Of a stretch of 64,000 bases of DNA, positions 29,901-45,963 are shown in pieces. Position 1 is the first letter of the stretch; the number at the start of each line of letters is the position of its first letter. The translations under genes and the position numbers were made by a program. Source of the stretch: Eledone cirrhosa. Taxonomy: Eukaryota. The notes under the pieces are model-generated. The model was not told where the DNA came from. It saw nothing but the letters and a program-made list of their open reading frames with translations, and did no database searches. The DNA is taken from positions 84,506,001-84,570,000 of the forward strand of contig OZ024740.1 of the NCBI GenBank assembly GCA_964016885.1, read 5' to 3'.

Positions 29901-30177
29901 GTATACATACACACACACACACAAACACAACCACAGAAATACACACACACATACAATTACGTATATATACATATATACACACACATAGGAAAAAGTCTGA
30001 CCCCACGGCAGAACTCAAGCCGTTTCTGAGGCTATTATATATATACACACAAAACCATTATATAAAAAATACATATACACGCACAAATATACATACGCCC
30101 ATACACACACATTAAATCTATATATATACACATACATACATACACATATATACATATATATATATATATATATACAC

Positions 30178-30272
<95 letters not shown>

Positions 30273-30281
30273 CATATATAC

Positions 30282-30318
<37 letters not shown>

Positions 30319-30471
30319 CATATATACATATATATATATATACACACACGCACAAATACAACAGAAATATATAATATACAATTATATATACATATACATA
30401 TACATAGATAAAAACATACATACATACACATATATACATACACATATACATATATACACACATATACATAC

Positions 30472-31119
<648 letters not shown>

Positions 31120-31125
<6 letters not shown>

Positions 31126-31922
31126 TATGAAGAGAGAAGAAACATTTAGATATAATTAGTAATAAAATGTATCATACCTAAACTGCTCCTAAATTCCTCG
31201 ACTACGTAGTTTCGTGGCATAAACAAAAACAATATATCATAAAGATATAGAGTCCTTGCGAGGTCTGCCGACTTATCAAGAGGATACCTCATTTTACTAG
31301 TCTCAAGAACGCGTCTACACGACGTGAGAAAGAATCCCAAAAGGCGGAGGGGGAGATAGTCACGCGATATAACGGTCGAGAAACAGAGCTAAGCCTCTTA
31401 TAACCCCGAAGAAAATACCACGGAGGCGGAGGGGGTATTTATATCGAGGCCGTAGAAGAGGTGGTGAAGAAGGCGAGAAGTATGAGTAATGGAAGCTTTC
31501 CAGCTGTCCCCACACTTCAAAGATTGCTCGACCAGAGGGAGTTATTAACAATATATTTAGAAACACACAGATACATGCGGACACACACATATATACATGA
31601 ATGCATCCGCACCCAACTGTGAGTTAAGGGTGCCAACTTCACCGATGTTGCTCAATGAATGACTGGGACAGACCAATTCAGTTGAACTAGACTGAACCAG
31701 TATCAGAGTTAAAAATACATTATGAAGAGAGAAGAAACATTTAGATATAATTAGTAATAAAATGTATCATACCTAAACTGCTCCTAAATTCCTCGACTAC
31801 GTAGTTTCGTGGCATAAACAAAAACAATATATCATAAAGATATAGAGTCCTTGCGAGGTCTGCCGACTTATCAAGAGGATACCTCATTTTACTAGTCTCA
31901 AGAACGCGTCTACACGACGTGA
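31120..31922 (-). mobile_element. ORF-less tandem element, 595-bp unit, two hammerheads
   Basis: 31120-31327 repeats at 31715-31922, apparently identical. Confidence 0.88.
31195..31284 (-). ncRNA. Hammerhead, U3-A8 core (second copy 31790-31879)
   Basis: TCCTC-TTGATAA-GTcGGCA...TGCCAC-GAAA-CTACGTAG-TC-GAGGA. Confidence 0.8.
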
Positions 31923-32040
31923 ATATATATATATATAAAATAATAGGTGTAAGTCAAACATGTTAAAGTTGGCTTCGTTTATTCCAATTCGCTGCTACCT
32001 GCATACTGAGGTGTCGGTAAACAACCAACACATACTCAAC

Positions 32041-32102
<62 letters not shown>

Positions 32103-32479
32103 GAAGAGAATCCGTATAGTTTTTGTCAATCAAATTTCACTTACAAGTCATTGGTTAGCAAAAGAACATAAAAGATACCAGCGTAAGATATCATGCAGTG
32201 ATATCACATCCAAAACCAATTCTTTTTTTGTAAATCAACTACTTAATGCTGCTATGGCTACGATTATTTAGATTATTATATTTTTATCAATTCATTCGCT
32301 TATTTGCTTAAATGTCACTCGTGTTTAATATGCAGTAAGGTATAACATCATTGCTCGTGGATTCTTTTTTTCTTTTTAGACCCATTCATGTACACGCCAC
32401 ATGTTCTTGTAATTTCTTTTTGTAGTTCAATGTATGAATGAGATCTGTGGTAAACAAAAATGATTGTTACTTTAGTTAC

Positions 32480-32880
32480 TACCATGGTGTATTTGTTCTG
32501 ATTGTTTACGTTCTGAGTTTGAATCCCGCTGAGGTCAACTTTGCCTGTCAGTTTTTCGGGGTTGATAGAAGGCAGTATCAGTTAAGTACAGGGTCGATAT
32601 AATCGACTTTCCCATCCCTAAACATGCTGGCTTTCTGTCTGAAGTAGAGATTTTTAATGGGCGGTGGATTGGCTGAATGGTTAAAGCCGGCAAATGCTAA
32701 GCAGTATTTGTTCCGTCTCTTTACGTTCTGAGTTCAATTCCCACCGGGGTTAGCTTTGTCTTTCATCCTTACGGGGTTGTTAAAATAAAGCACCAGTAAT
32801 GCACTGGGGTCGATTTAATCAACTTTCTCTCCCACCAAATTGCTGGCCTTGTGCCTAAAGTAGAAACAATTATTATTATA
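32480..32880 (+). mobile_element. Two adjacent tRNA-derived SINE copies
   Basis: B boxes at ~32515 and ~32730, each followed by the conserved core; ATT tail ~32870. Confidence 0.8.
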
Positions 32881-34457
32881 TTTCCATTTCATTCTATGCA
32901 ACAATTTAATTTGCTTTGTGAGGCGTGTAGTGATATGTAAATACATTTTATTTCAGTGAAGCGTTTCTGTCATTTAACGTTATAAAGTAGTAAAATAATT
33001 GACTGAATGTGTTATATTCCGAATCGAATGCGTATTCAGTTGCTTTGTTTTATGGTTCACGCTTACATTCATATATGTGAATGTGCTCGTATCCATGTTT
33101 TTCCTGTAACTACACATTTATGTGCACATACATATTCTACGAATATGTACATATCTATGAAAGACGATTTACATTTCTCCAAGCTTTTCCCTTGAGACTC
33201 TCAGTGATATCCGATTGCTAACAACTGACAGAGTTCTTTTGTTCAATTTTCAACAATACTAGAGATTTCAGCTCGTATTGATATATGTGTGCATATATGC
33301 ATACACTGCTGATGTATCTCCCCAGCAGGATATTCAAAAGTAAAAGAATTGCAAGTATTTATGCATCTTCATTGAAAGTTGATTCAGTAAAGATTTTACT
33401 CAGTATTTTCTTTTGTTTACTAAAAAGCCCTAGAATACATAAGGCTTTTGTTAAATAAGGAACAATAACCGAAGTATGCTATATGTTGTTGAACTATAAG
33501 ATTAAGTCAAAACAGAATCTAACGTTTCCGGTACTGTATTTCTTGTCATACTATATTATACTTCAATTTCAACATAGTTTAGGTTTTCAATCTGATTCTA
33601 GTTAACACAGTCTGTCATTAGCTTACGAATTTTAGTTAACATCCTTTTGTTAGATACCATATAACACCAAACATTGAATAATGACGATAATCTATATTTT
33701 GGATATAGGCGTAGCATGACTGTGTTGTAATGAATTTCGATTCACAGTATGATGTTCTAGGTTCGGTCCCACTGCATGTTATATTGGGCAAATATCCTTT
33801 ACCCTAGCATCGATTCAACCGATACACACAATCTATATGGAATCCCGTTGAGTGGATGGTACCTCTAATTCATATGACAAGCCGCGCTACTCAATGTGTT
33901 CTGCTGAATTACTGAGAATTACAGTAAGGAAATATGTAACACATCTTTCTTTAAATTATTCATATTTGAGGCATATGTTCTGATTTTCCAATATGATTAT
34001 TTACTGGTTTCTACAATTGTTGTTCTATTGATAGTAGCTCCTTCTTGACAATATAATTGGTTCATCATGTGTTGATTCAATCTTAGTACCTCATGTATTT
34101 TCTGCTATGGTATATTGTATTAAATGGGTGCAGGAATTGCTTACTGGTTACAAAATTTGATTTGCTACTATGAATTAGCGGCTCCCATCCCACTACTTAT
34201 ATCTTTACCATAACCTTGAGTCGACCCAAGACTAGTGAATGAAATTAGGTAGACAGAAGCTGTGAAATGCCTAACAATGACACATATTGTGTCTCACTGA
34301 TTCTGCCTGAAACTTAGGTTAAGGGTATTCCTTTCAATGAAATATTTAGCCGTTTATACTAAAGTATAAACGGCTAAATATTCACAAGTCAAAAGTTTAG
34401 TTGATCTTAGTATTTCATTTTTGGTTGTATTGCGTATGTGGTTGTATATCATATAAA

Positions 34458-34600
34458 GGCGGCGAATTGGCAGAGTCGAATAGACTTCAATGTGGTATTC
34501 GTTCCGGCTCTCTGTTCTCAAAGTTCAAATCCCGGCCAGGTCAGCTTTGCCTTTCATTCTTTCATTGTCGATAAAAAAAGTACCAGTTTAGTACTGGAGT
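34458..34600 (+). mobile_element. tRNA-derived SINE, diverged
   Basis: GGCGGCGAATTGGCAGAG...AGTTCAAATCC...GCCTTTCATT...GTCGATAAA..AGTACCAG. Confidence 0.75.
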
Positions 34601-35285
34601 CTATTCTTCCTCTGTATCTCTTTCTCAACTTCTCTGTATCTCTTTCCCACCTCTTTTCTATCCTTGACTGGAAGAAATCTCCTGTGTTCAGCCAGGCTTT
34701 AAAATGCCCCAGAAACACCGTGTGTCACTATGGCGTCCCCACGACGCATGAGTTACGGGATTTAACAAAAAAGTAGAAAGTATATCGTATTAAATGGAGG
34801 CAGGTTTGGCTGTGAGTGCAAAATGTTTCTTTTGCAATCATGAGATTCTGGTTTCGATCTAATTGAGTGACATTTTGGAAAAATAACTTTAACATAGCCT
34901 CTTGTCAAAACAAATCTTCTATATGAAATTATGTAGATGGAATTTGAGTTGAAACCCATTAGTTGGATTATATATATTTATAATTTAAATGCCTAGCCTT
35001 GTCACATAATTTGTCATACTGATTCTGACTGTGGTTACTTTAAGTGTACATCAGTCTGAAGAATATTTATTGAACAGCTTGCACTTTAATTCCAGAGTAG
35101 GACGTTCAGTTGATTGAATCACTGAATGTCCATCATAGAAATCGAAAGAGGATCCATCTTGTTGTACTAAGATCTTACTCCGGGATTATGTTTCTTCGAT
35201 ATAACATTTTTGCCTTTTTTTCGTTAGATTACTATATATTCATTTTTGTCTATATTTTCGATGGCATTATTTTTATCTTCCTTAT

Positions 35286-35478
35286 GGCGGTGGATTGGCA
35301 GTATCAGTAGAGGGTCGGACGCCATGCTTTGAAGCATAGAGCTACGTCCCTTTACGATCTGAGTTCAAATCCCGCCGAGGTTGACTTTGCCTTTCATCCT
35401 TACGGGGTCGATAAAATAAAGTACCAGTAATGCACTGGGTAATTGCTGGCCTTGTGCCTAAAGTAGAAACAATTATTT
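35286..35478 (+). mobile_element. Full-length tRNA-derived SINE
   Basis: Nearly identical to 8690-8880. Confidence 0.92.
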
Positions 35479-38039
35479 TTATGTTCCTTGTTCGACTTTT
35501 GTAATATACTTGGTTCCTCCATTTTTGTTGTAGCATTTGTTCTTCGCCGTTGGTTATGCTGTATGTTGTTCATATTTCATTATATTCTTGGCTGTTCGTC
35601 TGATGTGTCTGCTGAAACTTCGGGGGTTTTTTTAATCGATTCGTTCTCTATCTTCAGTTATACTTTTTTTGTTATCCATCTTAGTCTTGCTTTGTTTTCT
35701 TTATCTGTGGTCATCATTGTCTCATCCTATCTTTTTCTGTTGCATTATTCAGTAGTGATCTTGCTTCCCATTTCGTATATTCAATGTTGATTTTATTTTG
35801 GCGTTAGTATTCTTGTATATTGTACTAAAATCTTGTTTTGCGGTTATCTTCCATTATTATGTTATTTGTTCATGATTTTTCATGATTTTGTGCCTTCATC
35901 TTTTCGAATATTTTTGATTCTATTTATCTGGTTACACGTTCGATTCTACATGATTTATATTCTTTTCAAATATGTTTGTTTTCTTCTTCTTTGCTGTAGT
36001 CTTAGTTCTTTGTCTTGAGATATATTGTTCATTGTACATCTTTGATTACATCTTAGTTTTTCTATATTGCTGGGTGATTTTATTTTCTTCATCTTTTGTA
36101 AAAGGATCATTTAGTTCTACATTTTCTTATATCGATGGGTTTTGTCGTTTTCTTCACCTTTTGTGAAAAGATCCTTTGCCTCTACATTTTACTATGTTTT
36201 TAGTTATTCTTTTCTTCCTACTTTGTCCTTAATCTTACCTGATAACCATTCTTGGCTTTGCATTTATAGATACTTCGTTTCAGTTATATATTGGGTGCCA
36301 GTTCTTGTACTTTATTGTTGGTTGAATCTACGAGTTATTATATTCATTATTGTTGCATTATTATTGTTCGTTCTTAAGTATTTTATTTCTCTTCATGTGT
36401 GATTATGTTTGTCTTTTACTGTCATTTTTTGTACACTATTTGGCTGATTTCCTTTATTTTATATTCTGCTTTGACTTGTATACCATACTGAGATATTCTA
36501 TTGCAATTATCTTTCTTTTTGTAATAAGAATTTCCAATTCTTCGTTAACGTATTATATCTTCACATTTGCGTATATATTCGGTTGCTCCTGTATAGGAGA
36601 ACTACGCGCTTCTCCATTGTTATATTGTCTGTTGTTCCTCTTTGGTGACACATTAGCTTTCTAATGTTTAGAAATATTCATATTACTTCATATTTTGTTA
36701 TATGATTGTTTGTTGTAAATTGTGCTAAGAATATATTTTGGGAGCTTATATTTCTTCGTTATAATATGTGTTCCTCATCTGTCTTTAAATTCGTGTTCTT
36801 TAATATTTACGTATATATTTGGTTCTTCATATTTGGCTATATACTTGGTTATTCGTGTTTTATCGTGTTATGGTTCCTCCTGCTACTGTGTAGTCTTAGT
36901 TCTTTAACTTTAGGTTTGTGTTTGGTTGTTCATCTTCGTCTTTCCTTTGTAGCTTTTTCAATTTCTATTTTATTGTGCGTTGGTTGACATTTTTATCTAA
37001 ACGTTCTCCATCACTTGTCCCATTTTCATGAATGATTCTTTGAACTTCATATTTTAAAAGAAATATTGATTTACTATCCTCGTGCTTAATTTTGTACATA
37101 TTGTGATTGTCTTCATCTGTGGTCACCTTTGTTTTTCTGAACCTTTTAGTTCATTAATCTCCCATATCTTACCTACATTTCCCATTAATCTTATTTTGGA
37201 ATTGGTATCTTTTTTTTTTTGTACTGTGATTATGTATTTCTTTTTCTTATCTTCCTTTGTTGTATGTATCCCTCGCCCTTCCTTGAAATATCTTATATTC
37301 ATAATTTAGCAACCTTTCAGTTCTTGGTATATAGTCATATGTTTGACTCTTCAATATTTTGTCACGATCTTTGAAGTTAAACTTTTTGGTAATATACTTA
37401 GTTCGACATGATTTTTCGTAGCTTTACTTCTTGTCATATATTATTTATTGTTTGTCTTTGGGTATAATCTATGTCTATATCTTGAACTTTTTAAAATTAT
37501 ATTTAGGAATGTGGGTTCTTTTACTTCCTATTTAGTGAAACATATTGATTCAGAACATTCAACTATATTGTTAGTTCTTTAAATAAGACGTCTTCGGTTT
37601 CTTTTATCTGTGACAATCTCTGTCTATGTCTGCTTTTACGCTGAATTATTCAGGAATATAGTTGTATATTTGTTTTTGCTTTTTCTTAGATATTTTACAT
37701 TGATCTTATTTCGGTTTCGTGAGCTTCTGGTATATTTTACCAAGATGTTGATTTAGGTTGAGCATAATTCTGTTAAAGTATATGTTTCTCATTTTTATCA
37801 AATTATTGTATCTTCATCTTTTTGTGTATTCTAACTTCTTTTCACGTGATTTACTTTCTTATTAATTTGCACATTTTACATTTTCTTTCATTTCCATTTT
37901 TAGTAAAGTTGACTTATTCTGTTTGATTTTAGCTTCAGTTTTTCATCTGCGCTTGTAGTGCTTTTCAACTGTAGGTTCTCTATATATTATATACTTTAAG
38001 GGTTTCTTGATATTTATCATACGTTGTCTTCCTTCTTTA

Positions 38040-38400
38040 TCTATTATATCGTTTTGTAATCGATTTATGTACTTCATTTGGCGTGAAATGTTCATTGATA
38101 GTAACAAAAACCTTTCCTATTAGGTTAGCAATGGTAATTATAATACTATATATATTACATGACCAGAAATTTAAAACGATTCTGCTAATGTCTGATAATG
38201 CAAGTCAGCATCCCTCCTCTCTCTCTGTTCAGTTATATCGTTGGTAATCGATTCATGTACTTCATTTGGCGTGAAAAGTATTGGTTCTCCATTTCGGTTT
38301 CATTTTTTATTCTTAATCCAGAATCTGGAACTAGCTGTTGAAATAACAAGAGCTCAGTCATCGGGTCCCGACTCTTCTTATAATATAGACACACACACAC

Positions 38401-38444
<44 letters not shown>

Positions 38445-38880
38445 ACTCTGAACAGCTTATTGCAGCTGCATTACTGCAATTTGGCAGATTCATTGAGTGA
38501 GCTAGACGTTGGCCGGAGAACGTTGACTTCATACCAAAGATCTTCGTATATATATGTGTATATATATATATTTAATAGACAAAGACAAAGGTGTCTCTAG
38601 ATTAAAACAACCAAAGGTAACCAGACAGAATTAAGAACAAAAAATACAAACAATGAGACCGAAATGGTGAACCAATATTTTTCACACCAAATGAAGTACA
38701 TGAATCGATTACCAACGTTATAACAGATAAAGAAGGAAGATAACAAAAGAGAGAGGGTGCTGGCTTGCATTACCAGACAATAGCAGAATCGTTTTAAATT
38801 TCTGAGAATATAGTATATGTAGTATTATAATTGCCATTGCTAACTTAATAGGAAAGGTTTTTGTTAGTATTAATGAAAAT
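38040..38880. repeat. Older diverged inverted repeat (~38090-38300/38650-38880) with internal direct repeat and pLTR-tail pieces
   Basis: Reverse-complement match; 38045-38088 repeats at 38233-38276. Confidence 0.75.
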
Positions 38881-41348
38881 TCGTCACCTCTTCAAAGAGA
38901 AAGTTATTCGTAGGATAAGCAAACATTTTCTGAATTATAACTTTTGTGTTAATGAATCTTGTTCCTTTTTGTAAATAGTTGCATTGAACATGCAAATTGC
39001 TTTGTCACTTGTACGTAATTGATTACATCATTAGTGCTTAATAGCAGCCTGTGTAACATGTGATAATTTAGAAAATTTCTCAGTAATATACTGTTACGTG
39101 ACGTCTTTATTCAAAACCTAAATATGTGCGATAATTCTAAAACATTGCAGTTTTCTTATATATAAATTCCTTCATTTGTTACAAGTTGTATAAAGTTCCA
39201 CAATATAATTTGCACCTTTGAAATTTTTGCATATAAGTTCAGTCACATGTTATGTTAGTTAAAAGTATTAACATATTTCTGTAATGCAAAATTAATAAAA
39301 TTAAGGTTGGAATATCTTTTCCTCTTACCTTATTTTATTACAGTCTGAAGTGCCCTCAATAATCATGCCCTTTCTTCCAAATGGAACGTGAACAACTATT
39401 GGATTTCCTAATATATCTTATTCCCTATCTAGTGCTTCTTGGATGCAACATTGTAACATGGTTGACTCAGCCCAAATAATGATGCCAATTTGAATTATAT
39501 AAAGAGTTTTACACTCAGTAGTATATAAAAGATCTCAACGATATTGAATGTAGAACCAGCAACTCTGTTTGATTGATGGTCTCATGCCTAAAGTAGTAAA
39601 ACAGTTGTAGCAAATGAACCATTTACTTCCACAGTTGTTCTATGTTCTGGATACGTTGGAATGACACTCTAAAGGGACGATTTCATGACCCATTACGTAT
39701 ATTAATAAAGAAAAACGTAAATGTTTGAAGTACATCATAGTTAATTAATAATGCAAATATCTTGTTTTATTTCTTGAAAAGCTATATATTGTATCATATC
39801 GAATTTGTGTGCATTTTCATTAAGACACTATGTTTCATTAAGACACTTGCTTTTTTAAAACGCCACACATCTTAAGGATTTAATTAACTATCATCTGCAA
39901 TGTTCATAGAAGCCATTATTTAACATTTTTGGAGTGATTAATTACTGAAGTCGGATTCATTTTCATGTAAAATATGTTCAGGTTTTGCAAAGTTGTTTCA
40001 ACTAGTGATTGCATTAATCATTAATCAAATAATTTCCTTGTCTGAAATTTAATTTTCGAGTTCTGTAAATAATTTCTCAGTCTTTGCTGTATTGAAGTAA
40101 AGATCAAGCGCGCAGAAAAGGTTTCGTTGTTGTAGCAGTCATAGAAACGTATACATCATCCTTTGTCGAACGCTATTCATTCTCTGTTAATCACATTCCG
40201 ATTGTAGTTTCTTTATAAATAGCTGGAACGCGTCATTAAAACCTTCTTACCATCAAATTAAGATCCAAGAAAAAGATTCAATAAAGCTCACAGTGACACA
40301 TGTACTTGAATTTTGAGAAACAAATTACATATGGCCAATGCAAACCACTGTTATTTCTCTTTTATAGTGTCTTGCTTGTATTCTGTGTATTATATTTTAC
40401 GAAATGGTCAGGATAAAATATAGTATGCGCGTAGAAAGAACAGGCAAATTATGGGTTACTCTCATCGTTTCATTCGACAACGTGAGTAGTTTCCTAGTCA
40501 TTATTGCATAAAGACATACTTTAAATGAGTTGTTAGCTTTAGAGCTGGGGGATATGAGCCCTGTAAATAAGCCCAAACATTTTCCATTCTTTGTCTGGTT
40601 GTTCATGTTTGTTTCTCCAGTAATAATCACGCTTATACAGTTATGATGGTTATGAATATATTTACGTATCTATTTCGATATATTTTACTGATCTAATGGC
40701 TGTACATATTTCTACATTGCAACGATCACCATATATACGGATATAATACGCCTAATAAATTATCCAAATCCATAACCTTTTTTTTTTTGTTTTGTTTAAT
40801 ATAGATAGTTGTTATAACTATGCACTATAGTTTACAATATGTCTTTGGTGTGTGATTTTTAGAAATTACCATGAACCAAGCATGGCACAGTGGATGTGTC
40901 TATCTTGCGTGGACAATTTATCATGTGATTCGTTTTATTTTTATATAGTCTTGGCTGCGTTTTAGGATTGGTAGCTCTCCAGATACAAATCAGTCATGAT
41001 TTCCTGTATCTAACTTAGTTCTTCTTAATACAGTTAAAATATGACAAAGGCGTAGTCAATATTTCTGTAATACATATATCCTTGGCAACTTCACCAAAAT
41101 ATGCCCTTGTTATTATAAGCTAAAATAGATGAGCTTTAATAAACTATAACATCTTCAGTTTAAAATACTTTTCACAGTATGTTGTTGATCTAAAGAATCT
41201 GAGTATTGAAGATAATTAAAATGATTGAAATCATGTGTACATAACACAAGCCTGTATTTAGTAAATTTAGTAATTTTCGTCTTTTGCCTATAACATCAGG
41301 TGTTAAAACTATTTTATAACACGAATTATCAAATTAACAATAGCAATA

Positions 41349-42601
41349 TACTAGTGTCGGCTGAAACGTTCATAGGCTAATCAAGATACTCTCATGGATT
41401 GTGACCAAATGAGATTTATTTTTCAACATAGTCTCTCTTGCGGTCCACACATTTTTCCATCGGTTTTAAAGTTATTAGATCCCATTGGTAAAGAGGTTTT
41501 CATTCTGTTGGTTAAAAAAGCCAACAACAGATATGACGTCATCATCACTGCGATACTGGTTCCCAGCCAAGTGTTTTTTCATGTCGAGGAACGAATGATA
41601 GTCAGAGATGGGGCCAAATAGGGAGGGTGATCAACCAGTTCAAAGCCACAGCCACGCACAGCAGCCATTGAAACCAAGGACTTGTGTGCTGGCGAATTGT
41701 CCTGATGAAACAAGACCACTTTCGTCAGTTTTACTAGGAGTTTGGTCTTGATAGCCTTTCGTATCTGCCTCAGTAAGATGGCATAGTACCCTTCGCTGAT
41801 GACATGGTCTTTTTTGAAGCTAGTCTACAAACACACTGCCTTTTGTAACCAAGATATTAAGACCATTACCTTCCCTGCAGATGAAACCACCTTGGCCTTC
41901 TTTGGAGCAGGTGAGGAGCGGTTTTTCCACTGTATGGATTGTCTCTTTGTCTCTGGTTCAGAGTGAACACCATACTTATCCTACGTTAGAAAACGTTCAA
42001 TGAAACCAGTTGGATCTGCCTCCAGCAATGTCAGAATTTCCCGTGATGTGATCACACTGGTGTGTTTTTGATCAGGTGTCAGAAGATGTGGCAGCCACCG
42101 GGCAGAAACCTTCGTCAAGCCAAGTTCATTGTGCAGAATATTTTCAAATATCTCGCGGGATATGCTAATAGCGTCGGCTATTTGATTTATAGTCAATAGC
42201 CAATCCTCCATCACCAAGTTATGAACACGATCAATATTTTCTTCAGTGGATGCAGTTGCAGGACGTCCAGACCATCAAGACATTCCCTTCCACTTCTAAA
42301 TTCAGCTGTCCATTTTACACTGTTGATAAAGCTGGAGCGTCATCCTCTAATGTAGCAACTATGTCAGCATGAATTTCCGTGGGGGCTAAACCCTTTTTTC
42401 TTCAGAAACTTGATAACATCACGATGTCATATTTTGTCTATTTTCAAGAAAAGTCAATACTAGTTAATTTTGAAGTCAGATATCAGTTTATTGGGGAGAA
42501 AACAATGAAGTAATAAATAAGAATAGTTGAAATTAATGCATGCAAAAACCCCAGCATCACTCCTTCACAGTCAGCCTATGTACTATTCAGCCCACCTCAT
42601 A
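41349..42601 (-). mobile_element. Decayed mariner DNA transposon (~1.25 kb)
   Basis: Degenerate TIRs (GGCTGAAACGTTCATAGGCT / AGCCTATGTACTATTCAGCC); transposase remnants SGRP, ILHNELGLTKVSARWLPHLLT. Confidence 0.88.
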
Positions 42602-43137
42602 AACTGAAGAGGTTGCAATTGGGATAAATAGAATCAATTGTTTGAAGTGACGCCTCCTGTACAGTAGCCACCTGTGTGTAGCATAATAAATCATTTTCAT
42701 TGTTGGGTTATGAAGTTAGTATCTGACATAATCAACAACTAAAATGGACTGATTGCATCAATAGACAGCAAGCCAAGGAATCTGAATAATGTCAGAAATA
42801 ATTATGGAAAATTCTTAAGTATTAATAGTACACAAGTACTACCATAACATGTATCAGCAAACTCTCACTATCACTTAACATAACTGCTTGTTGTGGATCC
42901 ATAAAAATTCAGCCGAATGTGTTGAATATATACAACCTAATTTTATGTTCCTTATTTGAACAGATCTCTCTTTTTGATTCCCGGAGCAAATTACACACAT
43001 TCTACAAATCTAATTGATGGAAGGCCTGAGCATGTATTTTAAGGGTATACGAAGTATATCCATTAGAGTAGTCTGCTGTTGTGAAAGCTAAAGTTAGATT
43101 ATAAGCCATAGTGTTAAGTCTAAAGTTGACACCCTTT

Positions 43138-43249
43138 AGAAGAAGAAGAAGAAGAAGAAGAAGAAGAAGAAGAAGAAGAAGAAGAAGAAGAAGAAGAAGA
43201 AGAAGAAGAAGAAGAAGAAGAAGAAGAAGAAGAAGAAGAAGAAGAAGAA
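43138..43249 (+). repeat. (GAA)n microsatellite
   Basis: Pure trinucleotide run. Confidence 0.99.
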
Positions 43250-43746
43250 AGTTACATAAATCCATACAGTCCTTTCTTCCCGTGTTTCAAGTACTGTTGC
43301 TTACTGAGCATTTTTCATTTCCTTCCCCTAATCGCTTGTTTTTCTAACTTAACTTGTTTTTTCCTATCAAAATATTTTCTTCTGTTTCTAGCTTTGAGTA
43401 GTTTGATCTTTATTTTAAGGTGCATTTGCATTAGGCAGTCTTCTGCTTTAGTACTTTTTGCTCTGGTGTGTGTAAAATATGCCGGATATGTCATTCGTTC
43501 ATGCAACGTTTCCTTTCCGTTTGAAAACGTTGCATCAGTTACCTTCAAAGATTGTTATTCATCTTCCCAAGCACAGAAACTGAATCTCAATTAACCTTTT
43601 ATTTACAAAGTAAAAAAAGTAATATATCGAAAAAGAGCTTATAGCTAAACTTTGCAACTCGAAAGCAAGTGTAAAACTGAAGCAAGCTGGTTATTGTAAC
43701 TATTATACAATATAACGTAATATAATATATGTACATACATATATAG

Positions 43747-44320
<574 letters not shown>

Positions 44321-44378
44321 ATATATATATAACTATAAAAGGTTTTAGTATATACATAACCATAAATAGTATCCTTAA

Positions 44379-44446
<68 letters not shown>

Positions 44447-44546
44447 TTTATATATATATAAATATAAAGAGAGAGAGAAATAAAAAAGGAAAAAAATATA
44501 TTTTTCTTCCTAATAATCGTCTCTTTCTCCCTGTTTTCATATATGT

Positions 44547-44629
<83 letters not shown>

Positions 44630-44969
44630 TAGACTTTCTTTGTATATTTTTTTATATATGAATATTGATTGTTTTCTTGTATCTCATTCTGTTATTTTGC
44701 CCGAGAAAATATCTGTGTATTATCAAACGTTGTACACACATAGATAGTTCCAATTGAGTTCTAGCACGTGGCCTGAATTCCTTTTAGAGTTCAATGTCAT
44801 GCGCATGTATTGTTTTCTTTGGCAGTAACTTACTTCCTCATTTTTGAATCGGTTTGAGTGTTTCTATAGAACTGCTGGAATAGCAACCTAATATATACCT
44901 CAGACACTGATGGGGATTATCGCTAAATACTGATGTTGGTTAGATTATCAATATTAGTATTATTGGGCA

Positions 44970-45096
44970 CCCACTGATGAATTATAGGAGCCCACTTGAA
45001 TATATATCTGTTGATCGTATACAAGCTCCTACGTAAATTGGTATAATTTCACCCAAATTGTAGGAATCCTATAATGAAACGAGACATCCGTCTGGG
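44970..45096 (+). ncRNA. Hammerhead with branched ~95-nt stem II, in pLTR remnant 44627-45270
   Basis: CCCA-CTGATGA-ATTATAGGA...TCCTATAAT-GAAACG-loop-CGTC-TGGG. Confidence 0.85.
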
Positions 45097-45267
45097 AAGA
45101 GATATATTCGATATGTCTCATATGAAATAATACAGCCAATTTTCCACACAATACATTTAGTTAGCACCCCGAACGCAAAATTAGGAATATACTCACTTAT
45201 TTCCTAATATTTGTTGAGTGAGTTGGAATTAGGCCGGAGTATCGCTAAAAAGCTTTCTCCGATAATG

Positions 45268-45304
<37 letters not shown>

Positions 45305-45363
45305 TCTGCTATGTATTGAGTACCTTACTTACTGTGGTTACCTCCGATTCAACCCGGAATAAC

Positions 45364-45426
<63 letters not shown>

Positions 45427-45485
45427 TTATATATATATATATATATTATATATATATATATATATATGTACATTATATATATATA

Positions 45486-45516
<31 letters not shown>

Positions 45517-45531
45517 CATTATATATATATA

Positions 45532-45734
<203 letters not shown>

Positions 45735-45886
45735 CGGCTCCGTTCATTTGTTGAGCTATTTCAAATGTCGAGTAAACCTGGCTGCTATTTTTAGTGGTGT
45801 AGGTTTGTGAGACACGCTAGGATGCCATGTGCGCTATTTTATATATTTTATATATAGCATACTTAGATGTGTCTAGGATACTAATT

Positions 45887-45963
45887 GATCACCCACTGAT
45901 GACCTTAGATTGGTATTTCTATTCACAATTGACTTTGCGAAACAACAAGTTGTCTGGGTGATT
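45887..45963 (+). ncRNA. Hammerhead in pLTR remnant 45732-46212
   Basis: GATCACCCA-CTGATGA...GAAACAAC-aa-GTTGTC-TGGGTGATT. Confidence 0.85.

Noticed and set aside
33706-34960. Three very degenerate tRNA-headed SINE-like stretches (~33706, ~34127, ~34797)
   Set aside because: Plausible, but too decayed to delimit or classify by eye.
35488-37309. Series of hydrophobic plus-strand ORFs resembling membrane proteins
   Set aside because: Explained by T skew suppressing stop codons; no motifs, and frames overlap.
39320-40640. Splice-acceptor-like sites (39344, 40620) suggesting host exons
   Set aside because: No sustained open frame, donor pairing or recognisable protein.
43002-43347. Poly-Leu / poly-Arg ORFs
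   Set aside because: (GAA)n microsatellite.
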